64,000 bases of DNA from an uncultured Bacilli bacterium (GTDB lineage Bacteria > Bacillota_I > Bacilli_A > RFN20 > CAG-826), in the NCBI GenBank assembly GCA_905235705.1, contig CAJOML010000002.1:3485-67484 (forward strand), read 5' to 3'. The position numbers were made by a program, and so were the translations under genes. Positions within the stretch are counted from its first letter, which is position 1; every line of letters starts with the position of its first letter. Positions 44,194 through 52,554 of the stretch are shown in pieces. The notes beneath the pieces were generated by a model. That model was given only the letters and a program-made list of their open reading frames with translations. It was not told the DNA's origin and made no database searches.

Positions 44194-44814
44194 TTATAAG
44201 CGAGATTTAATGGCGGCATAGGCGTCATCAACGACTTCCTCTAATGGTTTTGAGGCATCGATTGTGACGTAACGGTCCTTAAAACGGGCGGCAAGCTCCT
44301 GGAAAGTCTTCCTCACGCCGCGATGGAAGTCCATTTTTTCCAAATCGAGGCGATTGACTTCGCGATTGGCGTTGGCGGCAATGCGGGCAAGCCCTAATTC
44401 GGGCTCAATATCGAAGAACAAGGTCAAATCGGGGAATGTTCCTTCGGTGGCGAAGGAATTAACTTCGAGGATTTTATCAATCCCAAGGCCTCTAGCGCCC
44501 CCTTGGTAAGCCAAGGAAGAGTCTAAATAGCGGTCGCAGAGGACGATTTTCCCTTCTTTTAGGGCCGGCCAGACCTTTTCAACGAGGTGCTGACGACGAC
44601 TGGCGGCATAAAGCAAAGCTTCGGTCCGGGAATCCATAGCCACATTATTGCGGTCTAAAATGACGTTGCGAATCGATTCCGCGATGGGCGTGCCACCGGG
44701 TTCGCGGGTCAAAATGTAGGGGATTCCTTCTTTTTCGAGGCGTTCGGCGATTAAACGCAAGGCACTGGATTTGCCGGACCCTTCCCCGCCTTCAAAAGTA
44801 ATAAATAGACTCAT
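44194..44814 (-). CDS. tmk: Thymidylate kinase
   Basis: 206 aa. MSLFITFEGGEGSGKSS P-loop and DRYLDSSLAYQG. Confidence 0.95.
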   Translation of the reverse strand: MSLFITFEGGEGSGKSSALRLIAERLEKEGIPYILTREPGGTPIAESIRNVILDRNNVAMDSRTEALLYAASRRQHLVEKVWPALKEGKIVLCDRYLDSSLAYQGGARGLGIDKILEVNSFATEGTFPDLTLFFDIEPELGLARIAANANREVNRLDLEKMDFHRGVRKTFQELAARFKDRYVTIDASKPLEEVVDDAYAAIKSRL

Positions 44815-45413
44815 AGGCTTCTCCTCCCTTCCAGGGCTTTTTGTAATGTGAGCGAATCGGCGTAATCTAAGGAAGACCCCATGGGTAAGCCATAACCTAA
44901 TCTTGTGATTTTTAAGGTTGGGAATTTTTCACTCATCATTCGCGATAGCAAAAGCGAGGTCGTCTCGCCTTCGACAGTGGGGTTTAACGCGAGAATGACT
45001 TCTTCGACATCACCATCTTGAATTCGTTCAAAAAGGTGGTCGATATTTAGGTCTTCAGGTCCAATTCCCTTCCCCGGGGAGATTAATCCACCAAGGACAT
45101 GGTAGGTCGGGTTTAACCCTTTGATTTTCTCAAAAGCGTTAGCGTCTTTGGCTTTAGAGATAACGATAATTAAGTGATGATTTCTTTCTGGAGAAGAGCA
45201 AATCTCACATACCTCATTTTCGGTAAAAAGACCGCAATTTGGGCAGGAATGGATGAGTTTTTTCGCGTTTTTTATGGAATCAGCGAACTGCAGTGCATCT
45301 TCTTCTTTCATGTCCAAAAGGGCAGAAGCCATACGTTCTGCAGATTTGGCGCCGACCCCAGGTAATTTTCCAAAAGAATCGACTAAAGCATTAAAAGAAG
45401 GAAGGTCTTTCAT
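44811..45413 (-). CDS. recR: Recombination protein RecR
   Basis: 200 aa. HhH motif LPGVGAKSAERMA, zinc finger CPNCGLFTENEVCEIC and a Toprim domain. Confidence 0.95.
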   Translation of the reverse strand: MKDLPSFNALVDSFGKLPGVGAKSAERMASALLDMKEEDALQFADSIKNAKKLIHSCPNCGLFTENEVCEICSSPERNHHLIIVISKAKDANAFEKIKGLNPTYHVLGGLISPGKGIGPEDLNIDHLFERIQDGDVEEVILALNPTVEGETTSLLLSRMMSEKFPTLKITRLGYGLPMGSSLDYADSLTLQKALEGRRSL

Positions 45414-45712
45414 TAAAACAATCCTTTTTTGCCGGTGACCTTTTCTTCAATCGCGTCGCTAGCTTCTTGAATCTGTTCTAAAGCCTCGTTGAGAGCCATG
45501 GAGATAGTATCTTCAAGCATTTCCTTGTTTTCTGGATCTAAGGCATCGGGATCGATAGAAAGAGAAGAGATGGTGCGGTCACCTTTCATAACTAGTTCGA
45601 CCATCCCGCCCTTAGAAACGGAGAATTCTTGCTCGGCAAGAGCGGCTCTGGCCTTTTCGAGCTCCCTTTGCATGCGTTGGGCCTGCATTAGCATTTGCTG
45701 CATTTGGTTCAT
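45413..45712 (-). CDS. ebfC: Nucleoid-associated protein YbaB/EbfC
   Basis: 99 aa. MNQMQQMLMQAQRMQRELEKA... is typical of the family. dnaX-ebfC-recR synteny. Confidence 0.9.
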   Translation of the reverse strand: MNQMQQMLMQAQRMQRELEKARAALAEQEFSVSKGGMVELVMKGDRTISSLSIDPDALDPENKEMLEDTISMALNEALEQIQEASDAIEEKVTGKKGLF

Positions 45713-45713
45713 A

Positions 45714-47618
45714 TTATTTGCCTCCTTTTGGCAAGTTTAAAACAATAGTATTTCTAGCCGGCAGTTGCTGGATTTGCAACAAGCTGAAGAAGCGGGTTTG
45801 GCAACGATTGGAATCGTTACGATCTAAGCCATAAACAAAGACACGTCTTCCCAAAATGGTCTCAACCATAGAAGAGAGCGCCTCTTGGTTTTCTTGGATG
45901 TTTGCCCTGTTTTTCTGGCGTGTGAAATTGAAATTGATTAAAAGGGCCTCTTCGCATAGGCAGAATGGCTTAGCTTGGAATAAAATCGAAGCGACTTCGC
46001 CATAGGTGGAATCGAATTTAAGGTTCTCAAATTCACCCCAGGCGGCGGCAAGAGCCTTTCTTTCTTCTTTGTGACGTTGACCCAAAGTCATAATTTTAAT
46101 GATCGTATCGTCATTAATTTCAAGCGGGTTCCCTTCAGAAACGATGGAGGACGTGACGTGACTTAGATCTAAGCTTGATTGCTTCGGTTCTGGCTTTTCT
46201 TCAGGCTCTTTTTCGGGCGCAGGGGCAGAAACTTCCTTTGCCTCAGCGATGGGTTCGGGTTCCTGCTTTGGCTCATCTTCAGCAAGTAAAAAATCAGGGA
46301 TTGTCGAGCCCAAATAAATGCCCTCCTCAACATGCTCTGGGGCGGGTTGAGGAATTTTTTCTTCAATTTTTTGGGTTTCAGGTTGCATGGGTGCCTCGGT
46401 TTTGATGTTTTCCGGGGCTTTTTCTTCAAATGCCGGAGATGGCTCAGAAACGACAGGCTTCTCAATTTTGACCTTTTCGGTTTTTGGCTGCACGTGTTTG
46501 CTGTTTTTGGGTCCGGCGGTTTTTTGAGGGATATTGGGATCTTCGTCATATCCGCTTAAGCGGATAAGTGTCAATTCGAACAGCGAGCGTATATCGGCAA
46601 CCGACTTGAAATCGATTTGAGTCTGGAGGAAGGCGTCGATGTAGGCATTTGCCTTGTGGAAATCGATCTTGTCAATCAGCCTTCTAGCCTCTTCGATTTT
46701 TAAGCTTTCCATCAACTCCGGGCGAGCGGTTTTTTCGAAGATTATGACATCCTTCAAAATGGTGAGGAGGGATTGGTTGAGGCGTTTAATATCAACGCCA
46801 GCTGAAACGAAACGTTCTAGCTTAGCTAAAACTGCAGGGATATCTCCATCTGCCATTTCTAAGAGTAAATTACACTTTTCTTCATTCGAGGCTAACCCGA
46901 AAACCGAAAGCACGTCTGCTTCGGTTAGTTTGTTTCCGCCATAGGCGAGAGCCTGATCTAACAAAGATAACGCGTCTCTCATCCCACCATCTGCTAATTG
47001 AACGATGTTGTCGAGGGCGGGTTCTTCGAAGTAGACCCCTTCCTGGTTAAGAATCCATATGAGCTTATCTTTAATCGCTTTTTCTTCAATTTTGCCAAAG
47101 TCATAACGCTGGCAACGCGAAAGGATCGTCGGAAGAACTTTGTGAGGCTCGGTTGTGGCCAAAATAAAGATGACGTGCGCAGGCGGTTCCTCCAAAGTCT
47201 TCAATAAAGCATTGAAGGCCCCTTGGCTCATCATATGGACTTCGTCGATGATGTAGACTTTGTATCTTCCTTTTAGGGGCGAATATCTGACAGCGTCGAT
47301 TAAATCACGAACTTGGTCGACGCCATTGTTGCTAGCGGCGTCGATTTCGATGACGTCTGGATGGGACGAATGATTAATTGCTTCGCAGTTGGAGCAATGG
47401 TTGCATTGGTGGCCGATTCCCTCTTCACAGTCTAAAGCCTTGGCGAAAAGGCGAGCCATCGATGTCTTTCCGGTGCCACGAGGGCCGGTGAAAAGGTATG
47501 CATGAGCGATTTTGTTGTTATCAATCGCGTTTCGCAACGTGCGAACAATGGATGCTTGTCCCGCAACCTCGGCAAAGGAGGATGGACGGTATTTGTTATA
47601 AAGAGCTTTGTATGCCAT
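45714..47618 (-). CDS. dnaX: DNA polymerase III tau/gamma subunit
   Basis: 634 aa. Walker A GPRGTGKTS, zinc module CNHCSNCEAI, Walker B YIIDEVHMMS and a P/E/K-rich linker. Confidence 0.95.
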   Translation of the reverse strand: MAYKALYNKYRPSSFAEVAGQASIVRTLRNAIDNNKIAHAYLFTGPRGTGKTSMARLFAKALDCEEGIGHQCNHCSNCEAINHSSHPDVIEIDAASNNGVDQVRDLIDAVRYSPLKGRYKVYIIDEVHMMSQGAFNALLKTLEEPPAHVIFILATTEPHKVLPTILSRCQRYDFGKIEEKAIKDKLIWILNQEGVYFEEPALDNIVQLADGGMRDALSLLDQALAYGGNKLTEADVLSVFGLASNEEKCNLLLEMADGDIPAVLAKLERFVSAGVDIKRLNQSLLTILKDVIIFEKTARPELMESLKIEEARRLIDKIDFHKANAYIDAFLQTQIDFKSVADIRSLFELTLIRLSGYDEDPNIPQKTAGPKNSKHVQPKTEKVKIEKPVVSEPSPAFEEKAPENIKTEAPMQPETQKIEEKIPQPAPEHVEEGIYLGSTIPDFLLAEDEPKQEPEPIAEAKEVSAPAPEKEPEEKPEPKQSSLDLSHVTSSIVSEGNPLEINDDTIIKIMTLGQRHKEERKALAAAWGEFENLKFDSTYGEVASILFQAKPFCLCEEALLINFNFTRQKNRANIQENQEALSSMVETILGRRVFVYGLDRNDSNRCQTRFFSLLQIQQLPARNTIVLNLPKGGK

Positions 47619-47627
47619 ATCGGGAAA

Positions 47628-47633
47628 ATTATA
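47628..47633 (-). promoter_or_regulatory. -10 hexamer close to the start codon (leaderless-type), dnaX operon
   Basis: TATAAT on the minus strand, 9 nt (TTTCCCGAT, no SD) before the ATG (47618). Confidence 0.45.
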
Positions 47634-47686
47634 GACCTTCGAAGTTTTTCTTCCTAGGGCTAATCATAGATTAGGCGAATATTTGA

Positions 47687-47695
47687 TGATATAAT
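47687..47695 (+). promoter_or_regulatory. Extended -10 promoter element of prfA
   Basis: TGaTATAAT. The ORF-track ATG at 47694 lies inside this box, so the start at 47715 is preferred. Confidence 0.5.
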
Positions 47696-47714
47696 GCCCC
47701 CGGAAGATAAAACT

Positions 47715-48806
47715 ATGGATGATTCAATGAGAAAAAGACTCGAGGTTACTCTCGAGCGAGTAAAACAGCTGGAAGAAGAACTTTCCCGCGATGATGTGGC
47801 TTCTGATTTGGCCCATTTTACGAAAATCAGCAAAGAAAGAGCGGATCTTGATGGCGCCTATACCGCCTATAAGGAATATCTAAAACTTGAACAGACCGTC
47901 TCCGATTCGATTGAAATCGAGAATTCGGGCGACCCTGAGCTTGCCGAACTCGCCAAGGAAGAAAGAAAAGAATCTTTGGCCCGCATGGAAGAGCTTGAAG
48001 GTGAACTAAAAACCCTCCTCCTCCCTAAAGACCCCAATGATGATAAAAATATCATCGTTGAAGTTCGCGGCGCGGTTGGCGGAGACGAAGCCAACATCTT
48101 TGCCGGCGATTTGGTTCGCATGTATAGCAAATATGCCGAAAAGCAGGGCTGGAAAATTCAATTGCTCGATGCTTCTTTAGGCGCTTCCGGCGGCTATTCC
48201 AATATCTCTTTTATGATTAAAGGGGATTCGGTTTACTCCAAACTAAAGTTTGAATCGGGTGCCCATCGTGTTCAACGCGTCCCGAAAACCGAAGCAAGCG
48301 GCCGTATCCACACCTCCACAGCCACCGTTTTGGTTATGCCTGAAGCCCAGGAAGTCGACGTCCAGATTAACCCTAACGATCTAAAGATTGATACTTATCA
48401 TTCCCAAGGCGCCGGCGGACAAAACGTTAATAAGACCGAATCGGCCGTCCGTATTACCCATATCCCGACTGGCATTGTCGCTGCTTGCCAAACCGAAAAA
48501 GCGCAACTTCAAAACAAGGAAATCGCGATGCAGATGATTCGCGCGAAAGTCTTTGCCTTCTTCCAAGAACAGGAAGATAAGAAGAGAGCCGATGAACGGA
48601 AACTCAAAGTCGGAACGGGCGAACGTTCTGAAAAGATCCGCACCTATAATTATCCGCAAAACCGTGTCACCGATCACCGCATTGGATATACCATCAACCA
48701 ACTCGACCGAATCATGGAAGGCGATTTGGATGATTTGCTTAACGCCCTCATCCATTACGATCAAGAACAACGTCTTCTAAACCAAGGCGGAGGCGAGGAT
48801 GCCTAA
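47715..48806 (+). CDS. prfA: Peptide chain release factor 1
   Basis: PxT tripeptide region (RVQRVPKTE), GGQ motif (SQGAGGQNVNK) and prfA-prmC synteny. Confidence 0.95.
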   Translation: MDDSMRKRLEVTLERVKQLEEELSRDDVASDLAHFTKISKERADLDGAYTAYKEYLKLEQTVSDSIEIENSGDPELAELAKEERKESLARMEELEGELKTLLLPKDPNDDKNIIVEVRGAVGGDEANIFAGDLVRMYSKYAEKQGWKIQLLDASLGASGGYSNISFMIKGDSVYSKLKFESGAHRVQRVPKTEASGRIHTSTATVLVMPEAQEVDVQINPNDLKIDTYHSQGAGGQNVNKTESAVRITHIPTGIVAACQTEKAQLQNKEIAMQMIRAKVFAFFQEQEDKKRADERKLKVGTGERSEKIRTYNYPQNRVTDHRIGYTINQLDRIMEGDLDDLLNALIHYDQEQRLLNQGGGEDA

Positions 48807-49644
48807 GATTTTCGAAGTCTACAATAAAGCCATTTCCGAAGGCAAAGCAGCCGATGTCAAATCCAATGATTTACGCATTTTAATCGCGCATGACAATGGC
48901 TTTGATGCACCTATTGATGTATTGCTTAGAAAAGATGAAGAAATGCGCAATCTTCCCCTTTTTGATTCGCAATTTGCACGTTTATTAAAAGGCGAGCCTG
49001 TCGAATATATCATCAACGAAGCAACCTTTTTGCAGCATAAGTTATATGTTGATTCTTCGGTCTTAATTCCCCGGGGCGAAACTGAAGAACTCGTTGCCAA
49101 TATCACGGAGATGATTTCCGATTATTATGATCCAAGAAATTATCTTGTCTGTGCCGATATCGGAACTGGTTCAGGGGCTATAGCCTTGGCTTTGGCAAGC
49201 TTCTTTCCGAACTGGATTTTATTTGCTTCCGACGTTTCTAAAGAGGCCTTGAAAGTAGCGAAGAAGAATTTTGCTTCCTATTCCGCGAAAGTGGAAACTT
49301 ACCTTGGTCCCTCTCTTCAGCCTTACATTGAGAAAAACATCAAATTGGACATCATCGTCTCCAACCCGCCATATATTCTTAACCGCGATGAAGTTCAGGA
49401 TTCGGTTAAAAATTATGAGCCCGAGACCGCCTTATATTTAGATAAGGAAAAGTCCGTGTACGAAGATATCTTCCGCGATTATAAAAAGGTTAAAAAGGGA
49501 TCGCTGATGATGTTTTTCGAGATCGGATATGATTTAGAAGATTATCTAAAAGACCTCATGAAGAGATATCTGGATGACTTCGACTTCCAATTTTTGAGCG
49601 ATTTAAATGGGCTAACCCGGTTTTTAGTCGTAAACTGCCATTAA
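48799..49644 (+). CDS. prmC: Release-factor glutamine N5-methyltransferase PrmC/HemK
   Basis: 281 aa. SAM motif DIGTGSGAIA and catalytic NPPY. 8-nt overlap with prfA. Confidence 0.9.
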   Translation: MPKIFEVYNKAISEGKAADVKSNDLRILIAHDNGFDAPIDVLLRKDEEMRNLPLFDSQFARLLKGEPVEYIINEATFLQHKLYVDSSVLIPRGETEELVANITEMISDYYDPRNYLVCADIGTGSGAIALALASFFPNWILFASDVSKEALKVAKKNFASYSAKVETYLGPSLQPYIEKNIKLDIIVSNPPYILNRDEVQDSVKNYEPETALYLDKEKSVYEDIFRDYKKVKKGSLMMFFEIGYDLEDYLKDLMKRYLDDFDFQFLSDLNGLTRFLVVNCH

Positions 49645-49653
49645 GGAGAACAT

Positions 49654-50712
49654 ATGAAAGCAAAACTTTGTTCTTGGAAAGATGTTGATGAGGCGGTCAA
49701 AGCGTTACGAGATGGCGCCTTGGTGGCTTTCCCCACCGAAACGGTTTATGGACTTGGGGCCATCGCCTCTTCAAAAGGAGCCTTCGACCGTCTTGTTGAG
49801 GCGAAAAGAAGGCCCGCCGACAAACCTTTTACTTTAATGGTTTCTTCTTTGACCGAAATCGCGATGTTTGCTGAGATCAATGCGCAAATTGTCGCCGTTG
49901 CAAAGAAATTCATGCCCGGTCCTTTGACTTTGCTTCTTAAAGCAAGAAAAAGCATCCCTTCCCATATTAATTTAGGCACTGGCGTGATTGGCGTGCGCTT
50001 TCCCGACGATGAAAACGTTGATAATTTAATTGAAAAGGTGGGGTGCCCTCTTTTGGTCCCATCTGCCAACCGCTCTGGCGAAAAGCCCCTCACATCGGGC
50101 AAGGAAGTGCATCGAGAATTTTTAAACGAGGCGTGCATCGTTTTTGATGGTGATATTCAAGGCGGAGTGCCTTCGACCATCGTGGATTTAAGTAAGCCTG
50201 GCGAGATTTCTTTGGTTCGCCAAGGAAGCCTTCCTTTTGCCTCCATCGAGGAGGAATTCAATAACTTTGTCCCGCAAAGAATCGCCCTAGCTTCTGATCA
50301 CGGTGGCTTTGCTTATAAAGAAAAAGCAAAAATCCATCTAAGTAAACAAGGGTATGAGGTCATCGATTTTGGCTGCGATTCGACTTCTTCTTGCGATTAT
50401 CCCTTGTTTGCCTTTGCCGCGGCTAAAGCCGTTGCGCGCAACGAATGCGAAAAAGGCATCCTGATTTGCACTTCTGGCGAAGGAATATCCATGGCGGCAA
50501 ATAAGATCAAAGGAATCCGTTGCGGCATCGGCTACGATGACGTTGCGACGGGGAAGACGGTTGAACATAATCACGCGAACATGATTGCCTTCGGTCAAAA
50601 ATATATGAAAGAAGAGGACGTTCTTAGACGTATCGACATCTTCTTAATTGAAAAGCCGAGCAAACTAGAAAAACACGCTAGACGTGTTCACGAAATCGAA
50701 GAAGCCGAATAA
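49654..50712 (+). CDS. Fusion protein: L-threonylcarbamoyladenylate synthase (YrdC/TsaC domain) + ribose-5-phosphate isomerase B
   Basis: N-terminal ~205 aa is AFPTETVYGLGA...SANRSGEKP (YrdC domain). From about nt 50278 it reads RIALASDHGGFAYKEK...GILICTSGEGISMAANK...HNHANMIAFG (RpiB/LacAB). No Sua5 C-domain lies in between. Confidence 0.8.
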   Translation: MKAKLCSWKDVDEAVKALRDGALVAFPTETVYGLGAIASSKGAFDRLVEAKRRPADKPFTLMVSSLTEIAMFAEINAQIVAVAKKFMPGPLTLLLKARKSIPSHINLGTGVIGVRFPDDENVDNLIEKVGCPLLVPSANRSGEKPLTSGKEVHREFLNEACIVFDGDIQGGVPSTIVDLSKPGEISLVRQGSLPFASIEEEFNNFVPQRIALASDHGGFAYKEKAKIHLSKQGYEVIDFGCDSTSSCDYPLFAFAAAKAVARNECEKGILICTSGEGISMAANKIKGIRCGIGYDDVATGKTVEHNHANMIAFGQKYMKEEDVLRRIDIFLIEKPSKLEKHARRVHEIEEAE

Positions 50713-50733
50713 TTCATCGTTTTTGCACTGGCT

Positions 50734-50747
50734 CCGTATAAGAAAAG
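50734..50747 (+). repeat. 14-nt motif CCGTATAAGAAAAG, copy B
   Basis: Exact match to 20966-20979, in the same hairpin context. Confidence 0.7.
50737..50742 (+). promoter_or_regulatory. -10-like hexamer inside the hairpin loop, close to the comFA start (leaderless-type)
   Basis: TATAAG, 6 nt before the ATG at 50749. Part of the repeated CCGTATAAGAAAAG motif. Confidence 0.4.
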
Positions 50748-50748
50748 T

Positions 50749-51891
50749 ATGGAGCCTTTTGTTTGTCCTCGCTGCGGGAATAAAGATGCGCGTTATATTG
50801 GCATTAAGTTTGGAAAGCCATATTGCCGACGCTGTATTTCTTTTCAAGGCGTTAAGGCCGAATATCAGCCAAAAAAGAAAAAGGACGTGAACCTTCATTT
50901 GGATTACCCCTTATCCAAAGAACAACACTTCTTATCCGAACAAGTTAAAAGCAATTTTGCCAACGGGATCAATACCTTGGTCTATGCCGTTACGGGCTCA
51001 GGAAAGACAGAAATCTCATATGGGGTCATTGCTTTTGCAATGTCGCAAGGAATGAATGTCGGTTTCGCCTTACCTCGGCGCGATGTTGTCATTGAACTTT
51101 ATTTTCGTCTTAAAGAGGCTTTCCCAGAGCAAAAGATCGTAGCCGTCTATGGTCAACACACCTCAGCCTTAACGGGAGATTGCATCATCCTCACTACCCA
51201 TCAGCTATATCGCTACCCTCATTATTTCGATCTGCTGGTCCTAGACGAAATAGACGCCTTCCCCTTTAAAGGCGATCCCATGCTTAGGCGCTTTTTCCTC
51301 GATTCCATCAGGGGTCATTATGTCATGATGTCGGCCACCCCTTCTAAAGATGTGGTGGATGAATTTAAGCAGGATGGGCACGCGATTTTAAGTTTGCGGA
51401 CAAGGTTCCACCGCCACCCTATTCCCGTCCCGAGGGTAATAAGGAAACCTCTTCTTTTGCAATATATTACGATTTGCAAGGAACTTAACCGCTTCCTCAG
51501 AAAGGGAAAACAATGCTTCATTTTTGTCCCGACGGTGAATATGGCAGCTTCGTTGTTCGCTTTTGTTTCTAAATTTTGCCCAGGTGGCAACTATGTTAGT
51601 TCAAAAAGGGAAGGAAGAGAGGAAATTATTGCCGCTTTCAAGAAAGGGACATTCAAATATTTGGTCACTACCGCCGTGCTTGAACGGGGCGTCACCGTCA
51701 AAGGCCTTCAGGTCATCGTTTTCCATGCCGATGACCAAATTTATGATGCCGCTGCCCTGATTCAAATCGCGGGGAGGGCAGGGCGGAAAATGAGTGAGCC
51801 AACGGGCGAGGTGGTATTTCTATGCCAAAGAGAAAGCGAGGGGATAAAACGTGCCATCGAAGAAATCAAATTCTGCAACCGCTTTTTGTAG
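50749..51891 (+). CDS. comFA: ComFA-like DEAD/DEAH-box helicase (late competence DNA-uptake ATPase)
   Basis: 380 aa. N-terminal zinc finger CPRCGNK...CRRC, Walker A TGSGKTE, DEID box, SAT. Followed by comFC-secA-prfB, as in B. subtilis. Confidence 0.8.
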   Translation: MEPFVCPRCGNKDARYIGIKFGKPYCRRCISFQGVKAEYQPKKKKDVNLHLDYPLSKEQHFLSEQVKSNFANGINTLVYAVTGSGKTEISYGVIAFAMSQGMNVGFALPRRDVVIELYFRLKEAFPEQKIVAVYGQHTSALTGDCIILTTHQLYRYPHYFDLLVLDEIDAFPFKGDPMLRRFFLDSIRGHYVMMSATPSKDVVDEFKQDGHAILSLRTRFHRHPIPVPRVIRKPLLLQYITICKELNRFLRKGKQCFIFVPTVNMAASLFAFVSKFCPGGNYVSSKREGREEIIAAFKKGTFKYLVTTAVLERGVTVKGLQVIVFHADDQIYDAAALIQIAGRAGRKMSEPTGEVVFLCQRESEGIKRAIEEIKFCNRFL

Positions 51892-52486
51892 GATTTGCTT
51901 TAAAAAATTCACCCGTTCGACAGTTAAAACTTTGCTATATAAAAACAATCATGTTTGTCCCTCTTGTTATGCTGAAATGGGCGCAAAATTCACGCGATTT
52001 TCTCATTTTCATACCGAATTTACCGCGATTTTTCCATATAATCAAAAGATTCAAACGATGATTTATCAATTTAAGGGATGCGGGGATATCGAGATGGGGG
52101 AATGCTTCCTCGAATATATCCTACCTTTGTTAAAAATCCGTTACCGAAATTACGTTCTTATCGGAGCTCCCTCAGCAGCTAGCCATAACCAAAAAAGAGG
52201 ATATAACCACGTTGAATTTATCTTCTCCAAAATTGGCATCCCCTTTATTGACGCATTAGAAAAAATCGGTGAGCGAAAGCAAACCGATTGCACTGTAAAA
52301 GAGCGTAAGAAAGTCGGTCAATTTATCCGTTGGAAAAACGGCGTTTCAATAAGAGGTAAGAACGTCCTTTTCGTCGATGACGTTTTCACTACGGGATCTA
52401 CGGCAAAGGCTTGCTTGGCCCTAATTTATAAACACCATCCCGCCAAAGTTAGAGGGCTAGTGCTAGCGAAAGCGGAAAAGACTTAA
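51851..52486 (+). CDS. comFC: ComFC-like phosphoribosyltransferase-domain competence protein
   Basis: 211 aa. GTG start after GAGGGG. Zinc finger CRIC...CPSC and a C-terminal PRTase motif VLFVDDVFTTGST. Confidence 0.8.
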   Translation: MPSKKSNSATAFCRICFKKFTRSTVKTLLYKNNHVCPSCYAEMGAKFTRFSHFHTEFTAIFPYNQKIQTMIYQFKGCGDIEMGECFLEYILPLLKIRYRNYVLIGAPSAASHNQKRGYNHVEFIFSKIGIPFIDALEKIGERKQTDCTVKERKKVGQFIRWKNGVSIRGKNVLFVDDVFTTGSTAKACLALIYKHHPAKVRGLVLAKAEKT

Positions 52487-52515
52487 TCGCCATTGTTCCA
52501 TTACCATTTTTAAAA

Positions 52516-52524
52516 TGGTATGAT
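52516..52524 (+). promoter_or_regulatory. Extended -10 promoter element of secA, overlapping an AT-rich palindrome
   Basis: TGgTATGAT. The palindrome ACCATTTT-T-AAAATGGT (52503-52519) overlaps it. RBS AGGAG at 52542-52546. Confidence 0.45.
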
Positions 52525-52554
52525 TTACCCGCTGTAATTTTAGGAGATTCACTC

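Larger units (their letters stand above)
50730..50760 (+). terminator. Terminator hairpin after tsaC-rpiB that includes the comFA start codon; copy B of the repeated motif
   Basis: GGCTCC (50730-50735) ... GGAGCC (50751-50756) followed by TTTTGTTTG. The loop holds CCGTATAAGAAAAG. The ATG at 50749 straddles the loop/3'-arm junction. Confidence 0.6.

Noticed and set aside
46518-46528. A6 run in dnaX (CAA AAA ACC on the coding strand) as a possible gamma/tau -1 frameshift site
   Set aside because: The A-run is not in the X XXY YYZ register relative to the reading frame. I saw no downstream stem-loop or nearby -1 frame stop arrangement like the E. coli signal.
47619-47714. SRP (4.5S/scRNA) gene expected upstream of dnaX by Bacillus synteny
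   Set aside because: The gap is under 100 nt and AT-rich, with divergent promoter boxes and no conserved SRP domain IV hairpin (GGAA/GNAR tetraloop helix).
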